Sequence record: PV730299.1
DNA: 64,000 nt
Direction: 5' to 3' (one strand)
Source of the DNA: a phage
The translations under genes and the position numbers were made by a program. The stretch's first letter is position 1; each line of letters begins with the position of its first letter. Under the pieces are notes generated by a model. It was not told where the DNA came from. It did not search any database and saw nothing but the letters and a program-made list of their open reading frames with translations. This document shows, one piece after another, positions 18,301 through 26,854 of this stretch.

Positions 18301-18804
18301 TTGAGAAACTACATCATGATGCTGTTAATGAGCGTTCCACAGAACAAGATGACCCCTGCAACAGAGGGTAAGAATCACTTCAACATCTACAGCCGGAGCC
18401 AGACGGAACTCGGGCGCTTCCTCTCGCATTTTACCCATCATCCAATGACTACCCATGAACATGGTGTGTTTAACTCCATGGAGGGGTACTGGTATTGGCT
18501 GAAGTATAGGGATGACAACCTGCGCCTGCTCGACGGTTATGAGGCCAAGCAATATGGACAGGGATTGGCGGCTTCCCGCGTCATTGTCCTGGATCCGTCT
18601 ACCGAAGAATTCAAGCGCGATATCCTATTTGCAACTAGCATGAAACTCCAGACAATGCCTGAACGTCTGAAGATCAGATTGGCTTACAGTCGCCTACCCC
18701 TGATCCATGCATATGTTCAGAACGGGAAATACAGTTTTCAAAACTCTATGGACTATATCATTGCCCACATTAATCGTCTCCGCATACAAGGAACTTTGAA
18801 ATGA
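18301..18804 (+). CDS. NADAR-domain protein (YbiA-like)
   Basis: FNIYSRS ... GRFLSHF ... SMEGYWYWLKY follows the NADAR/YbiA pattern (FYS .. G.FSNF .. SxEHYFQAxKF); size 167 aa fits the domain. Confidence 0.55.
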   Translation: MRNYIMMLLMSVPQNKMTPATEGKNHFNIYSRSQTELGRFLSHFTHHPMTTHEHGVFNSMEGYWYWLKYRDDNLRLLDGYEAKQYGQGLAASRVIVLDPSTEEFKRDILFATSMKLQTMPERLKIRLAYSRLPLIHAYVQNGKYSFQNSMDYIIAHINRLRIQGTLK

Positions 18805-19382
18805 AATTTCTACACACTATCGTCGACACTTCTTATGACTGCACTGCTCATACCCCAGACCGTTCGCCTGTGTTTGTTCTGAACAAACTAGGTGAAGAGA
18901 TCTGTGAACTGTCTGATGTGTTTCATGGCATAGTATCTTCCGAGCCGTTGAATGGCGAAGTTGCTGATGTCATTATCTCTGCTATTGACCTTCTGTACGT
19001 CATGGATTATGACGACGTCCAAATGCGCGGCTCTATGAACAAGGCCGAAATGATCGACTCTGTCATCAACCACATGGCGACAGTGAACGATATTTCTTCT
19101 AATCTGTTGGAAGAAGACTGGTTCCGTCTGATTGATCGTGATCCTCAAAAGCATCTGAATCTTATTCATCACTATCATGGCCGGATTATCCGATTGTGCA
19201 ACCAGCCTTATCGCAGTCAAGACAGATTGGATCATCTTGTCAATGACCTAATCAAGCATGTTGCGCGCATGGGGTGTGGGGAAGGGGCGATCCGTGGATC
19301 CTCTTTGATGGCCACTCGCATTAAAGTGGAGCACGCTATTGAACACAAGGTTGAAAAGTGGCGTAGCAAATTTGGTCTATAA
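18801..19382 (+). CDS. MazG-like nucleotide pyrophosphohydrolase (putative)
   Basis: Acidic helix motifs LGEEICELSDV and EVADVIISAIDL spaced as in the all-alpha NTP pyrophosphatase EExxE...ExxD signature. Confidence 0.4.
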   Translation: MKFLHTIVDTSYDCTAHTPDRSPVFVLNKLGEEICELSDVFHGIVSSEPLNGEVADVIISAIDLLYVMDYDDVQMRGSMNKAEMIDSVINHMATVNDISSNLLEEDWFRLIDRDPQKHLNLIHHYHGRIIRLCNQPYRSQDRLDHLVNDLIKHVARMGCGEGAIRGSSLMATRIKVEHAIEHKVEKWRSKFGL

Positions 19383-19431
19383 GCCGACCCCATACATAAT
19401 CTTGTGTGTTTACCATTGACGGGATAGGCCG

Positions 19432-21342
19432 ATGTCCAACAAAATTGATATTGAACGCAAGTACAAGAAGCTCACTCACGTTGAGCATATCCTACTCCGC
19501 CCAGAGCGTCATCTGGGCAGTATTCGTTCGTCTGTGGGGACGGTGTGGGTGTATGACCCAACTAAGGATAAAGTCATCTTCCGTGACAACTTTGAGTACT
19601 CCCCCGCGCTGATCAAACAGTTTGATGAAATTATCACCAACTGTGTTGACCACAGCAAGACCCCTGAGGGCAAATCCCTGACGGAAATCACCGTCACAGT
19701 TTCCCCGATGAACGGTCAAATCATCGTTGCTGACAACGGGGGTATCCCTGTGGTCAAGCATGGCGTCACCAACGAGTGGCTTCCTGAAATGTTGTTCGGC
19801 TCTCTATATGCGGGATCGAACTTCAACGACGAAGACGAAGAGTACAACAACCAGAAGTCCGGTGGTCAGAATGGCGAAGGGGCGTCCCTCGTCAACGTGT
19901 TCTCCAAATGGTTCCGCGTCACGACTAATGACGGCAAGAAGTCTTATACTCAGACGTTTGAAGACAACATGAGCAAGAAATCTAACCCAGTCATCAGCAA
20001 CGTGAACAGTCCTGGCACATCCATCGCCTGGATCCCTGACTATGCTCGTCTAGGCGTCAAAGGACTTGACCAGAACAACCTGCTGATGATCTATCGCCGC
20101 GCGTTTGAAGTGGCTGCGTGTAACCCGCGCCTGAAGATTGTTCTCAACGGGAAGCAAATCCGGATTGACCGCTTTGGCCACTTCGTTGATTACTTCCATG
20201 CTGGCTCGGCTGTTGACGAAACCGGGGATTGGTCTGTTGCTGTAGCCCCTTCATCCGGTACGTTCATGCACGCATCATACGTGAACTCTATTGCCACCCA
20301 CATCGGTGGTCCTCACGTTGATTATGTTGCCGACCAGATCGTGGCAGCGATTCGTCCCCAGCTGGTGAAGAAGTTCAAGACCGAACTGAAGCCAGCAATG
20401 ATCAAGAACCACATGTCCTTGTTCATCGCTGCCGACATCAACAACCCGCGCTTTGACAGCCAGACCAAGGAGCGCATGACCACTCCTGTCAGCCAGTTCG
20501 GTACGTCGTACAAGCCCAGTGATAAACTCATCCGCAAGGCGCTTGAGTTCGTTATGGCTGGTCTGAGCAAAGAACTGGCTTCCCTGCGCAATGAGCAGGA
20601 TGATGCTGAGTTTGAAAAGGCCAAGAAGGACATCAGCAAGCGGGATTATCGTGAGATTGAGAAGTATTACCCGGCGACCGCCCGTGGTGACCGCAGCGGA
20701 TGCTCCCTGTTGCTGACAGAGGGTGATAGTGCCTCCAATCCTATCCTGAACGCCCGCGACACCAAGAAGATCGGGTTGTTCCCGCTTCGTGGTAAGTTCA
20801 TCAACTGCCTGAACGCCCCGCGCTCAAAGGTGATGAACAATGAAGAGTTCAAGAACCTGTGTACGATCCATGGCGGCGCAGTGCCAGGCCAGCCCCTTGA
20901 TATCACCCGTTACCCACAGACTGTTGTGGCTACCGATGCGGACGATGACGGCATCCACATCCGTGGGTTGTTGATCACCCTGTATTGCACCTACTGGCCG
21001 GAGTACGTCCGTCAGGGCAGGCTGAAGCTCCTGCGCACCCCTTACATGCGTGTGTGGTGTGGTAAGGTGATGCATGAGTTCATGAACAACGCAGAGTATG
21101 AGGAGTTCCTGAAGACGCCTGATGCCAAGAAGATCACGAAGAAGAAATATCTGAAAGGTCTGGGTGGTAACAGCACTGAAGACTTCAAACGTATTCTAAA
21201 CAACCTGGATGCGTATACTACGACGGTCACGCTGGACGATGGTTATCAACAGTCACTGAAGAATGGCTTCGGTGATGAGGCCGCCGATTACCGCAAAACC
21301 TGGTTTAGCGATGTTTGCCTGTTTGAAACTGAGGATGAATAA
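19432..21342 (+). CDS. 39: DNA topoisomerase II large subunit (GyrB-like ATPase plus Toprim; T4 gp39/gp60 equivalent, unsplit)
   Basis: GHKL ATP-binding region (VADNGGIPV) and Toprim motif LLLTEGDSASNPI; 636 aa. Confidence 0.88.
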   Translation: MSNKIDIERKYKKLTHVEHILLRPERHLGSIRSSVGTVWVYDPTKDKVIFRDNFEYSPALIKQFDEIITNCVDHSKTPEGKSLTEITVTVSPMNGQIIVADNGGIPVVKHGVTNEWLPEMLFGSLYAGSNFNDEDEEYNNQKSGGQNGEGASLVNVFSKWFRVTTNDGKKSYTQTFEDNMSKKSNPVISNVNSPGTSIAWIPDYARLGVKGLDQNNLLMIYRRAFEVAACNPRLKIVLNGKQIRIDRFGHFVDYFHAGSAVDETGDWSVAVAPSSGTFMHASYVNSIATHIGGPHVDYVADQIVAAIRPQLVKKFKTELKPAMIKNHMSLFIAADINNPRFDSQTKERMTTPVSQFGTSYKPSDKLIRKALEFVMAGLSKELASLRNEQDDAEFEKAKKDISKRDYREIEKYYPATARGDRSGCSLLLTEGDSASNPILNARDTKKIGLFPLRGKFINCLNAPRSKVMNNEEFKNLCTIHGGAVPGQPLDITRYPQTVVATDADDDGIHIRGLLITLYCTYWPEYVRQGRLKLLRTPYMRVWCGKVMHEFMNNAEYEEFLKTPDAKKITKKKYLKGLGGNSTEDFKRILNNLDAYTTTVTLDDGYQQSLKNGFGDEAADYRKTWFSDVCLFETEDE

Positions 21343-21343
21343 G

Positions 21344-22675
21344 ATGGTTGCTAAGAGCATTACTGTAACGGACTTTGTCAACACTGACCATAAGCAGTTT
21401 TCTGTGGTCAACAGCATCCGTCAAATCCCTCAGCTGATTGACAGCCTCAAGCCAAGCCAGCGCAAGATCCTTTTCGCTGCTCTTGAGTACAACAAGGAGG
21501 AGATTGTTGACCGCCTTGGTATGTTCGCCGCCGCTCGCACCAACTACAAGTCTGGTGGGGAGAATATGAGCGGCACTATCGTGAACATGGCTCAGGGGTT
21601 CCCAGGCACGAACAACATCCCGTACTTTGACCGCGATGGCCAGTTTGGTTCTATCATGGGGCGTGATGCTTCATCTGCCCGATACATATCCGTCGCTGTA
21701 TCTGACGTTATCCGTAAGATCTTCCGCAAGGAGGATGAGGGTATCTTGGAATACAACTACCTTGGTGAAGAAAGGCTGGAGCCGAAGTTCTTTCTGCCCA
21801 TCCTACCCATGTTCCTGGTGAATGGGATCAATGGTATCGGCACCGGATATTCCACCGACACCCCGTGTCATTGCGTTAAGTCCGTGCTCAGTGCCCTGAG
21901 AGCGCTTCTCCGTGGCGAAGACCCGAAAGACTTAAAACCGTACTGGAACGGCTTCAAAGGAGAGACAGGCTATACTGAGGAAGGAAGAGCATACAGTCGC
22001 GGCATCTTCCGTCGCGTCAATGCCACGACCCTGCATATCACCGAAGTCCCAGTGGGTTGGTTCGCCAAAACCTATGAGACCAAGGTGTTGCTGCCTCTGT
22101 ACAAGGCAGGTATCCTCACCGAGTACGCCAACGACACGACGGAAGATGGCTGGGATATCACGGTTGTGTTTAAGCGCGGCGAACTCTCTAAGCTGAGTGA
22201 CGAGCAGGTTGAGCAGATGTTCAAGCTGTATTCAGCCACCAAGCCTGTTTGGACGGCATGGGATGAAGACGGTGTTATTCATCGTTATTCTGGTTGGCGG
22301 GACATGTTGCTGCCGTTCTTCAATTATCGCCTGTCACGGTACGAAGACCGTCGCCAGTATCTGTTGAAGGACATGGCAGACAGGATCCGCAAGCTGGGTG
22401 ACCGGGCGGTGTTCATTGAATGGGCGACGCGTGTTGATCTCCGCCAAAAGATTGACGTGCTGAAGTCTCTGTTCATGCAGGATTACCCGGACTTTGGTGG
22501 TGATCTTGACGAGTTGTTCAAGATGCCTCTGTCGTCTATTACTCTGGACGCCCGTGAGCGCCTACTGAAGCAGATTGAGAACCTTGAAGCACAGCACAAG
22601 GAATTAAGTAAGAAAGAGGATATCGATCTTTACACTGAAGACCTTGATGACCTTGAAAAGGCTCTTGGCCTATAA
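21344..22675 (+). CDS. 52: DNA topoisomerase II medium subunit (GyrA-like cleavage/religation subunit; T4 gp52 equivalent)
   Basis: ATG 21344 one nt after the upstream stop; 443 aa, same size class as T4 gp52; directly follows the ATPase subunit. Confidence 0.8.
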   Translation: MVAKSITVTDFVNTDHKQFSVVNSIRQIPQLIDSLKPSQRKILFAALEYNKEEIVDRLGMFAAARTNYKSGGENMSGTIVNMAQGFPGTNNIPYFDRDGQFGSIMGRDASSARYISVAVSDVIRKIFRKEDEGILEYNYLGEERLEPKFFLPILPMFLVNGINGIGTGYSTDTPCHCVKSVLSALRALLRGEDPKDLKPYWNGFKGETGYTEEGRAYSRGIFRRVNATTLHITEVPVGWFAKTYETKVLLPLYKAGILTEYANDTTEDGWDITVVFKRGELSKLSDEQVEQMFKLYSATKPVWTAWDEDGVIHRYSGWRDMLLPFFNYRLSRYEDRRQYLLKDMADRIRKLGDRAVFIEWATRVDLRQKIDVLKSLFMQDYPDFGGDLDELFKMPLSSITLDARERLLKQIENLEAQHKELSKKEDIDLYTEDLDDLEKALGL

Positions 22676-22680
22676 CATCG

Positions 22681-22698
22681 GAGGGGTTCGCCCCTCCT
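22681..22698 (+). other. GC-rich stem-loop after the topoisomerase gene, no U-tract
   Basis: GGAGGGG / CCCCTCC perfect 7-bp stem, loop TTCG; immediately precedes the RBS of the next gene. Confidence 0.3.
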
Positions 22699-22716
22699 CA
22701 CCTGGAGGGTTGCGCT

Positions 22717-23004
22717 ATGTTCTATCTCCGTTCTGCAGCACCTGTGGTATTCATCATTATCCTATTTGATTTCCTGGTTCCTCGCTTTATCAAAGAGGAG
22801 GTAGCGTTTGGTCTCTATGGTGAGACGGAAGACCCAGAGGTCGATGAATATTACCCAATGTGCGCCCTGAAAGATATCGAGGAAGGGGAAGATGTTTCAA
22901 TGGTCGGCACCATGCGTTCTTTCAACCTGTTCGGGATTGCACTCTTTCCGAAACTAGTTGGTGAACTGCGCCCCTACGTTCCTGAAGCCACTGTAGACGG
23001 TTGA
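22717..23004 (+). CDS. hypothetical membrane protein
   Basis: N-terminal hydrophobic helix AAPVVFIIILFDFLV; GGAGGG 6 nt upstream. Confidence 0.45.
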   Translation: MFYLRSAAPVVFIIILFDFLVPRFIKEEVAFGLYGETEDPEVDEYYPMCALKDIEEGEDVSMVGTMRSFNLFGIALFPKLVGELRPYVPEATVDG

Positions 23005-23039
23005 TCGTAACATAGCTTCTGAGTCCTAAACTTCTGCCT

Positions 23040-23318
23040 ATGGATGATTCCTTGTATTTTCATTGTCCTGGGTGTGGTATACTTCATCTATATCGCATTA
23101 AGGGCGAAGCCCAAGGTCCGATGTGGATGTGGAACAACAATGTTATTGAGCCTACGTTCACACCGAGCCTGCTGGTGAATGCAACCGATCCAGCATTATT
23201 TTGCCATCTGTTCCTGACCGACGGCAAAATACAATTCCTCGGCGACTGTTTCCATGATCTGAAGAACCAGACAGTGGATATGGTCGACATCTCTGAACCT
23301 GAAATTTGGATTGAATAG
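23040..23318 (+). CDS. hypothetical Cys/His-containing protein
   Basis: 92 aa with HCPGCG and CHLF...DCFHD motifs suggestive of metal binding. Confidence 0.45.
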   Translation: MDDSLYFHCPGCGILHLYRIKGEAQGPMWMWNNNVIEPTFTPSLLVNATDPALFCHLFLTDGKIQFLGDCFHDLKNQTVDMVDISEPEIWIE

Positions 23319-23321
23319 ATT

Positions 23322-23732
23322 ATGAAATTACTGGGATATTTTCGTGAACTCCCAACGGGCACTGAAGGCAAGTTGTTCTCACAGGTGAAGGGGGATGACA
23401 TCGGTGATACGATGATTCCATTGTACACTCGTGAACTTCCTGCCGAAGGTGCCTGGGAGCGCCGTGTGGTCGCTGCCGCCAACAAATATGGTGACGTGAT
23501 CGTCGTTGCTGACCGTCACCACAGCCGATTCATGAACAGCCAGCTCAAGATCCTGAAAGAAGCAGGCGTCATTAAATCCATCCATACCCGCGAACAGGGC
23601 TTCATCGACAACCAGGGCAACTTCCTCACTCGTGAAGAGGCGTGCATCGTAGCCCGTGAAGCTGGACAGATTAATCAGGTGCGCCTGAAGACAACCCCTT
23701 TCCGAGAACTCTTTTCCGAAGACCTCTATTGA
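23322..23732 (+). CDS. hypothetical protein
   Basis: 136-aa ORF; stop followed by the hairpin at 23739-23758. Confidence 0.5.
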   Translation: MKLLGYFRELPTGTEGKLFSQVKGDDIGDTMIPLYTRELPAEGAWERRVVAAANKYGDVIVVADRHHSRFMNSQLKILKEAGVIKSIHTREQGFIDNQGNFLTREEACIVAREAGQINQVRLKTTPFRELFSEDLY

Positions 23733-23738
23733 AGAAAA

Positions 23739-23758
23739 AGGCGGTATTATTACCGCCT
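23739..23758. terminator. hairpin with flanking A-run and weak T-run (possible bidirectional terminator)
   Basis: AGGCGGTA / TACCGCCT stem, loop TTAT; A-run upstream on the plus strand gives a T-run in the reverse orientation. Confidence 0.35.
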
Positions 23759-23782
23759 CGACCCCTTGTTTGGTAACATCAA

Positions 23783-24025
23783 ATGAGCCCAGAATTTGAA
23801 AATCTGTTCGAGCGATGCTTCGAACCAGGTTCTGTGTCCGGTTACATGGACCGCCTTTGCACTGCCATTGTAATACGCCTTGCTGCCAAGGGTATCGTTG
23901 TCAACACCATTATCCGCAATGGGAACAACTTTATCATGCAGATGACTGATTATCACCGCCGCACAGGCATCATCCAGGTGTCATGTGTTGACAACAGCAT
24001 TATTGAATGGAGACAGTACGCATGA
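23783..24025 (+). CDS. hypothetical protein
   Basis: 80-aa ORF whose stop overlaps the macrodomain start (ATGA), supporting expression; competes with an antisense ORF that I rejected. Confidence 0.4.
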   Translation: MSPEFENLFERCFEPGSVSGYMDRLCTAIVIRLAAKGIVVNTIIRNGNNFIMQMTDYHRRTGIIQVSCVDNSIIEWRQYA

Positions 24026-24621
24026 CAACCTATGTAATCAATGGCGGCGATTTACTGAAAGCCGCCTGTAGTTTCAATCTGATCGACATCTTTGCCCACG
24101 GTGCCAACTGTTGGTCTACCATGGGCGCGGGCATTGCTCTGCACATCGGTAACAACTTCCCAGCCCTGCGTGAAGTCGATGCGAACGACCCTCGTGGTCC
24201 AGAGCAACGCCTGGGTGGTATGTCCTATGCATTTGACCACAGCAAGGGCGTTTGGGGCGCGAACCTCTACACTCAGTTTTATCCAGGTCCGAACGCTCGA
24301 ATGCCGTCAGTCATCAGTTCTGTTCAGACCCTGTTTGAGCAGGTGCATGAAATTGTGGAAGCAACTAAAGACGAAACTGTCTATGTCGGCCTGCCTGCTG
24401 TCGGCTGTGGCATTGGTGGCCTGAACCTCTACAGTGTAGTGCGCCATATCAATCGAATCTCTGAAAGCGTGTATGAAGAGACCCGCCGTCGTGTCGTCCC
24501 AGTCTTCTATATCAGGGAAGGAGACGGGTTCGATGATGATCTGATGGAACTTTCTCATCTGGACACAGAAAGTATCATGATTGTCGAAGATGAGCAAGAA
24601 ATCATCGACGAGGAGGCGTAA
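24022..24621 (+). CDS. macrodomain-like protein (ADP-ribose binding/hydrolysing fold)
   Basis: AHGANCWSTMGAGIALHI resembles the macrodomain NAAN..L.GGGGV.GAIH block; GLPAVGCGIGGL resembles the second Gly-rich block. GGAG 10 nt before ATG 24022. Confidence 0.55.
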   Translation: MTTYVINGGDLLKAACSFNLIDIFAHGANCWSTMGAGIALHIGNNFPALREVDANDPRGPEQRLGGMSYAFDHSKGVWGANLYTQFYPGPNARMPSVISSVQTLFEQVHEIVEATKDETVYVGLPAVGCGIGGLNLYSVVRHINRISESVYEETRRRVVPVFYIREGDGFDDDLMELSHLDTESIMIVEDEQEIIDEEA

Positions 24622-25254
24622 ATGTACAAGTCTAATTTCCTTGCAGTTGCCGACAGCGAAACCCTGGGTCGCTGGGATGATGCAGTCATGTTGTCCTGGG
24701 CGCACACCATCGCTGACCTGACCAAGCGTTATACTCTTCAGCAGCTGGTTGAGGAGCGCACGACGTTCATTAAGCTGAATGTCAAAGAGCAGCTCGAACT
24801 TGGTCGCGTGAAGGACGCTGGGACAGTTGAATGGTGGCTGGGGGCGGGTAAACGTAACCCGTGTGATGCGGCTCGCGCCGTCAGTCTGTACCCGACTGAG
24901 CAGGACATCTCTATCTTCCAATTGGCCGATGAAATCCGCAAGGGTTGTCATCGTCTTGGGGTAGACCCGCGCTCGGTTGACTGGTGTGACCGTAACTTGT
25001 TCGATCTGCGCAAGGCTCAGCACATCATTGAGGTGACGTGTAAGCAGGACTCCAACGAGCCTTGGGATTACCACCACACCTTCGACATCGTGAGTTGGCT
25101 GAAGGGTGTTGGACAGCAGGATCGGTATGCTGGCATCAAGGCGTGGGAACTGGAAGGTATGGTCTATCACGACCCTCGTTATGACGCTGCGCTTGACTGG
25201 CTGCGTATTCAGAAGACCATGGAAGATCTGATGGGGCTGGAGGTTGTGGGATGA
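24622..25254 (+). CDS. DEDDh 3'-5' exonuclease (DnaQ-like; T4 DexA-like)
   Basis: Exo I-like LAVADSETLG near the N-terminus and Exo III-like YHDPRYDAALD (H-x4-D) near the C-terminus. Confidence 0.55.
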   Translation: MYKSNFLAVADSETLGRWDDAVMLSWAHTIADLTKRYTLQQLVEERTTFIKLNVKEQLELGRVKDAGTVEWWLGAGKRNPCDAARAVSLYPTEQDISIFQLADEIRKGCHRLGVDPRSVDWCDRNLFDLRKAQHIIEVTCKQDSNEPWDYHHTFDIVSWLKGVGQQDRYAGIKAWELEGMVYHDPRYDAALDWLRIQKTMEDLMGLEVVG

Positions 25255-25553
25255 TTGTATTCACTGTCATCGGTGTGATCGTAACAGCTGGGGTGTTCGC
25301 AGCCATATTGGGCTACCTGTACTTCATGTTCCTTCATCCGTTATTTCAGGCGTTCAGTCTCACGAATTGGTGCTTGGCCTGCCTAAAGGCCGACGGCGGC
25401 GTGAACACGGCCTCTCTTCCTTACTGGCGGCTGGTGGCGCATTACTACTCGGTCGGTGGCTGGCCTGGGGAAAGGACATGGAACTCTATCGGTGAGTGGT
25501 ATGGAATAGGTCGATGGCGTATATTCCCTGATGAAGACGATCAAGCCCCGTGA
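25251..25553 (+). CDS. membrane protein
   Basis: Two hydrophobic helices; the stop codon lies in the loop of the terminator hairpin at 25543-25565. Confidence 0.45.
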   Translation: MIVFTVIGVIVTAGVFAAILGYLYFMFLHPLFQAFSLTNWCLACLKADGGVNTASLPYWRLVAHYYSVGGWPGERTWNSIGEWYGIGRWRIFPDEDDQAP

Positions 25554-25565
25554 GGGGCTTTTCTA
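25543..25565 (+). terminator. rho-independent terminator
   Basis: AAGCCCC / GGGGCTT stem, loop GTGA, then TTTTC; overlaps the stop codon of the 25251-25553 gene. Confidence 0.65.
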
Positions 25566-25617
25566 TATCCGGGATAGAGTATCATTGGTTTCACCAACGA
25601 ATCCTCGGGAAACTGTT

Positions 25618-25830
25618 ATGACTACAGAAAGAAGTTACAGAAAGAACTTCAATATCGAAGGGATTGAGTTCTACCACCATTACGCCCAGGACACCCATGG
25701 CACTGTATGCAACACATATATGCTTGACGGTCACCCTGTAAGTTCCGATGAGTTCTATCGTGTTTTGCGCGAGTCTACAGAAGAATCCCTGTCTTACATT
25801 ATCAATGCCAACGGATTGATTAAACCATGA
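25618..25830 (+). CDS. hypothetical protein
   Basis: ATG 25618 downstream of the terminator; the track's longer ORF from 25531 would span the terminator hairpin. Confidence 0.4.
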   Translation: MTTERSYRKNFNIEGIEFYHHYAQDTHGTVCNTYMLDGHPVSSDEFYRVLRESTEESLSYIINANGLIKP

Positions 25831-26516
25831 TCAACGTATCAATAAACGACCGTGATTTCGTTCGCGATGTTATGACAAACAACAAAGACCCTCTTGCGTA
25901 CAACGGGGAGAAGGTTACTCTGTTCTGGTCAGGCGGCGTGGACAGCACGTACATGCTATTCTGGCTGTTGGCTCACGGGTACGAAGTTCACACGATCTAC
26001 TGCGAACTGGAGAACAACTCCTTCAAGGTGAAGCGTGAGAACTGGGCGCGCAAGAAGATCAGGGAGTGGGTGACCACCAATTCACCGAGGTTGAACACTC
26101 ATTGGCATCACAGGGAAACCCCGATCAGCAAAATGAGCATCCAGTCTGGTGGGTTCCGGCCTTGTCTGGCTCAAGCCCCTGTATGGTTAGTGAACACTCA
26201 ATTCGTGGGCGGCCATTTTGATCGAGGACTGCCAAGAACTTATGTGATGGCATACGTCAACGGAGACGACGCTCTCCACTGGATTCCAGCCTTCAACAAG
26301 ATCGTGGAGGGTTATAACATGTTGGCCAAAGACGGACATGAGATCACCGTTCTCTTCCCTCTCGCCAGCATGAAGAAGACATGGTTCTACGAAGCCCTGA
26401 AACCGATCTATGGCCTGATGACCTGGTGTGAATATCCCGTTCTGAAAAAGAACTGTGATTGCCCCGCTTGTGTCCGCCACCGTCATGAACTTTCCGTGTT
26501 TGAGGGGAAACAATGA
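25827..26516 (+). CDS. queC: QueC-like PP-loop ATPase (7-cyano-7-deazaguanine synthase family)
   Basis: PP-loop LFWSGGVDSTYML followed by GYEVH as in QueC; QueC-like PL..K.TW block; C-terminal tetra-Cys cluster TWCEY...CDCPACVRH. Confidence 0.7.
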   Translation: MINVSINDRDFVRDVMTNNKDPLAYNGEKVTLFWSGGVDSTYMLFWLLAHGYEVHTIYCELENNSFKVKRENWARKKIREWVTTNSPRLNTHWHHRETPISKMSIQSGGFRPCLAQAPVWLVNTQFVGGHFDRGLPRTYVMAYVNGDDALHWIPAFNKIVEGYNMLAKDGHEITVLFPLASMKKTWFYEALKPIYGLMTWCEYPVLKKNCDCPACVRHRHELSVFEGKQ

Positions 26517-26854
26517 AACCGTCTGTTGTGGTGAACGACATCACGAGATTGATAAACCTTGTCAAAGATGTGTTTCCACAACAGGTGGATGTCGAGTACG
26601 TGGGGAAGAACGGGAAGTGTTACCAGGTCGCTCTGTTGTTGAAGCACGTGTACCCTCAAGCAGAGATCCATTACAGTCAGATTGAAGGTCATGTGTATAC
26701 TCTGATTGATGGGCATTACTACGACATCGAAGGTATCCACTTCAGTGTCCCACCGGATACGTGTTTGCTCGAACACAACAGAGGCCATAAACCACATCGC
26801 TGGCATAAAGGGTTTGTGAACGTACCGATTTTAGAATGGTTGAGGAGACCATAA
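26513..26854 (+). CDS. hypothetical protein
   Basis: 113-aa ORF coupled on both sides (ATGA, TAATG) between the QueC-like gene and the phosphoesterase gene; His-rich. Confidence 0.5.
   Translation: MKPSVVVNDITRLINLVKDVFPQQVDVEYVGKNGKCYQVALLLKHVYPQAEIHYSQIEGHVYTLIDGHYYDIEGIHFSVPPDTCLLEHNRGHKPHRWHKGFVNVPILEWLRRP

Noticed and set aside
23750-23956. 68-aa minus-strand ORF overlapping the plus-strand ORF 23783-24025
   Set aside because: The plus-strand ORF is coupled by ATGA to the macrodomain gene and fits the surrounding plus-strand operon. The hairpin at 23739-23758 has a better T-run in the minus direction, which made this worth a look, but a lone antisense gene here is not otherwise supported.
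25531-25617. Longer start for the 25618-25830 gene (ATG at 25531)
   Set aside because: The extension would run through the terminator hairpin at 25543-25565 and overlap the upstream gene.
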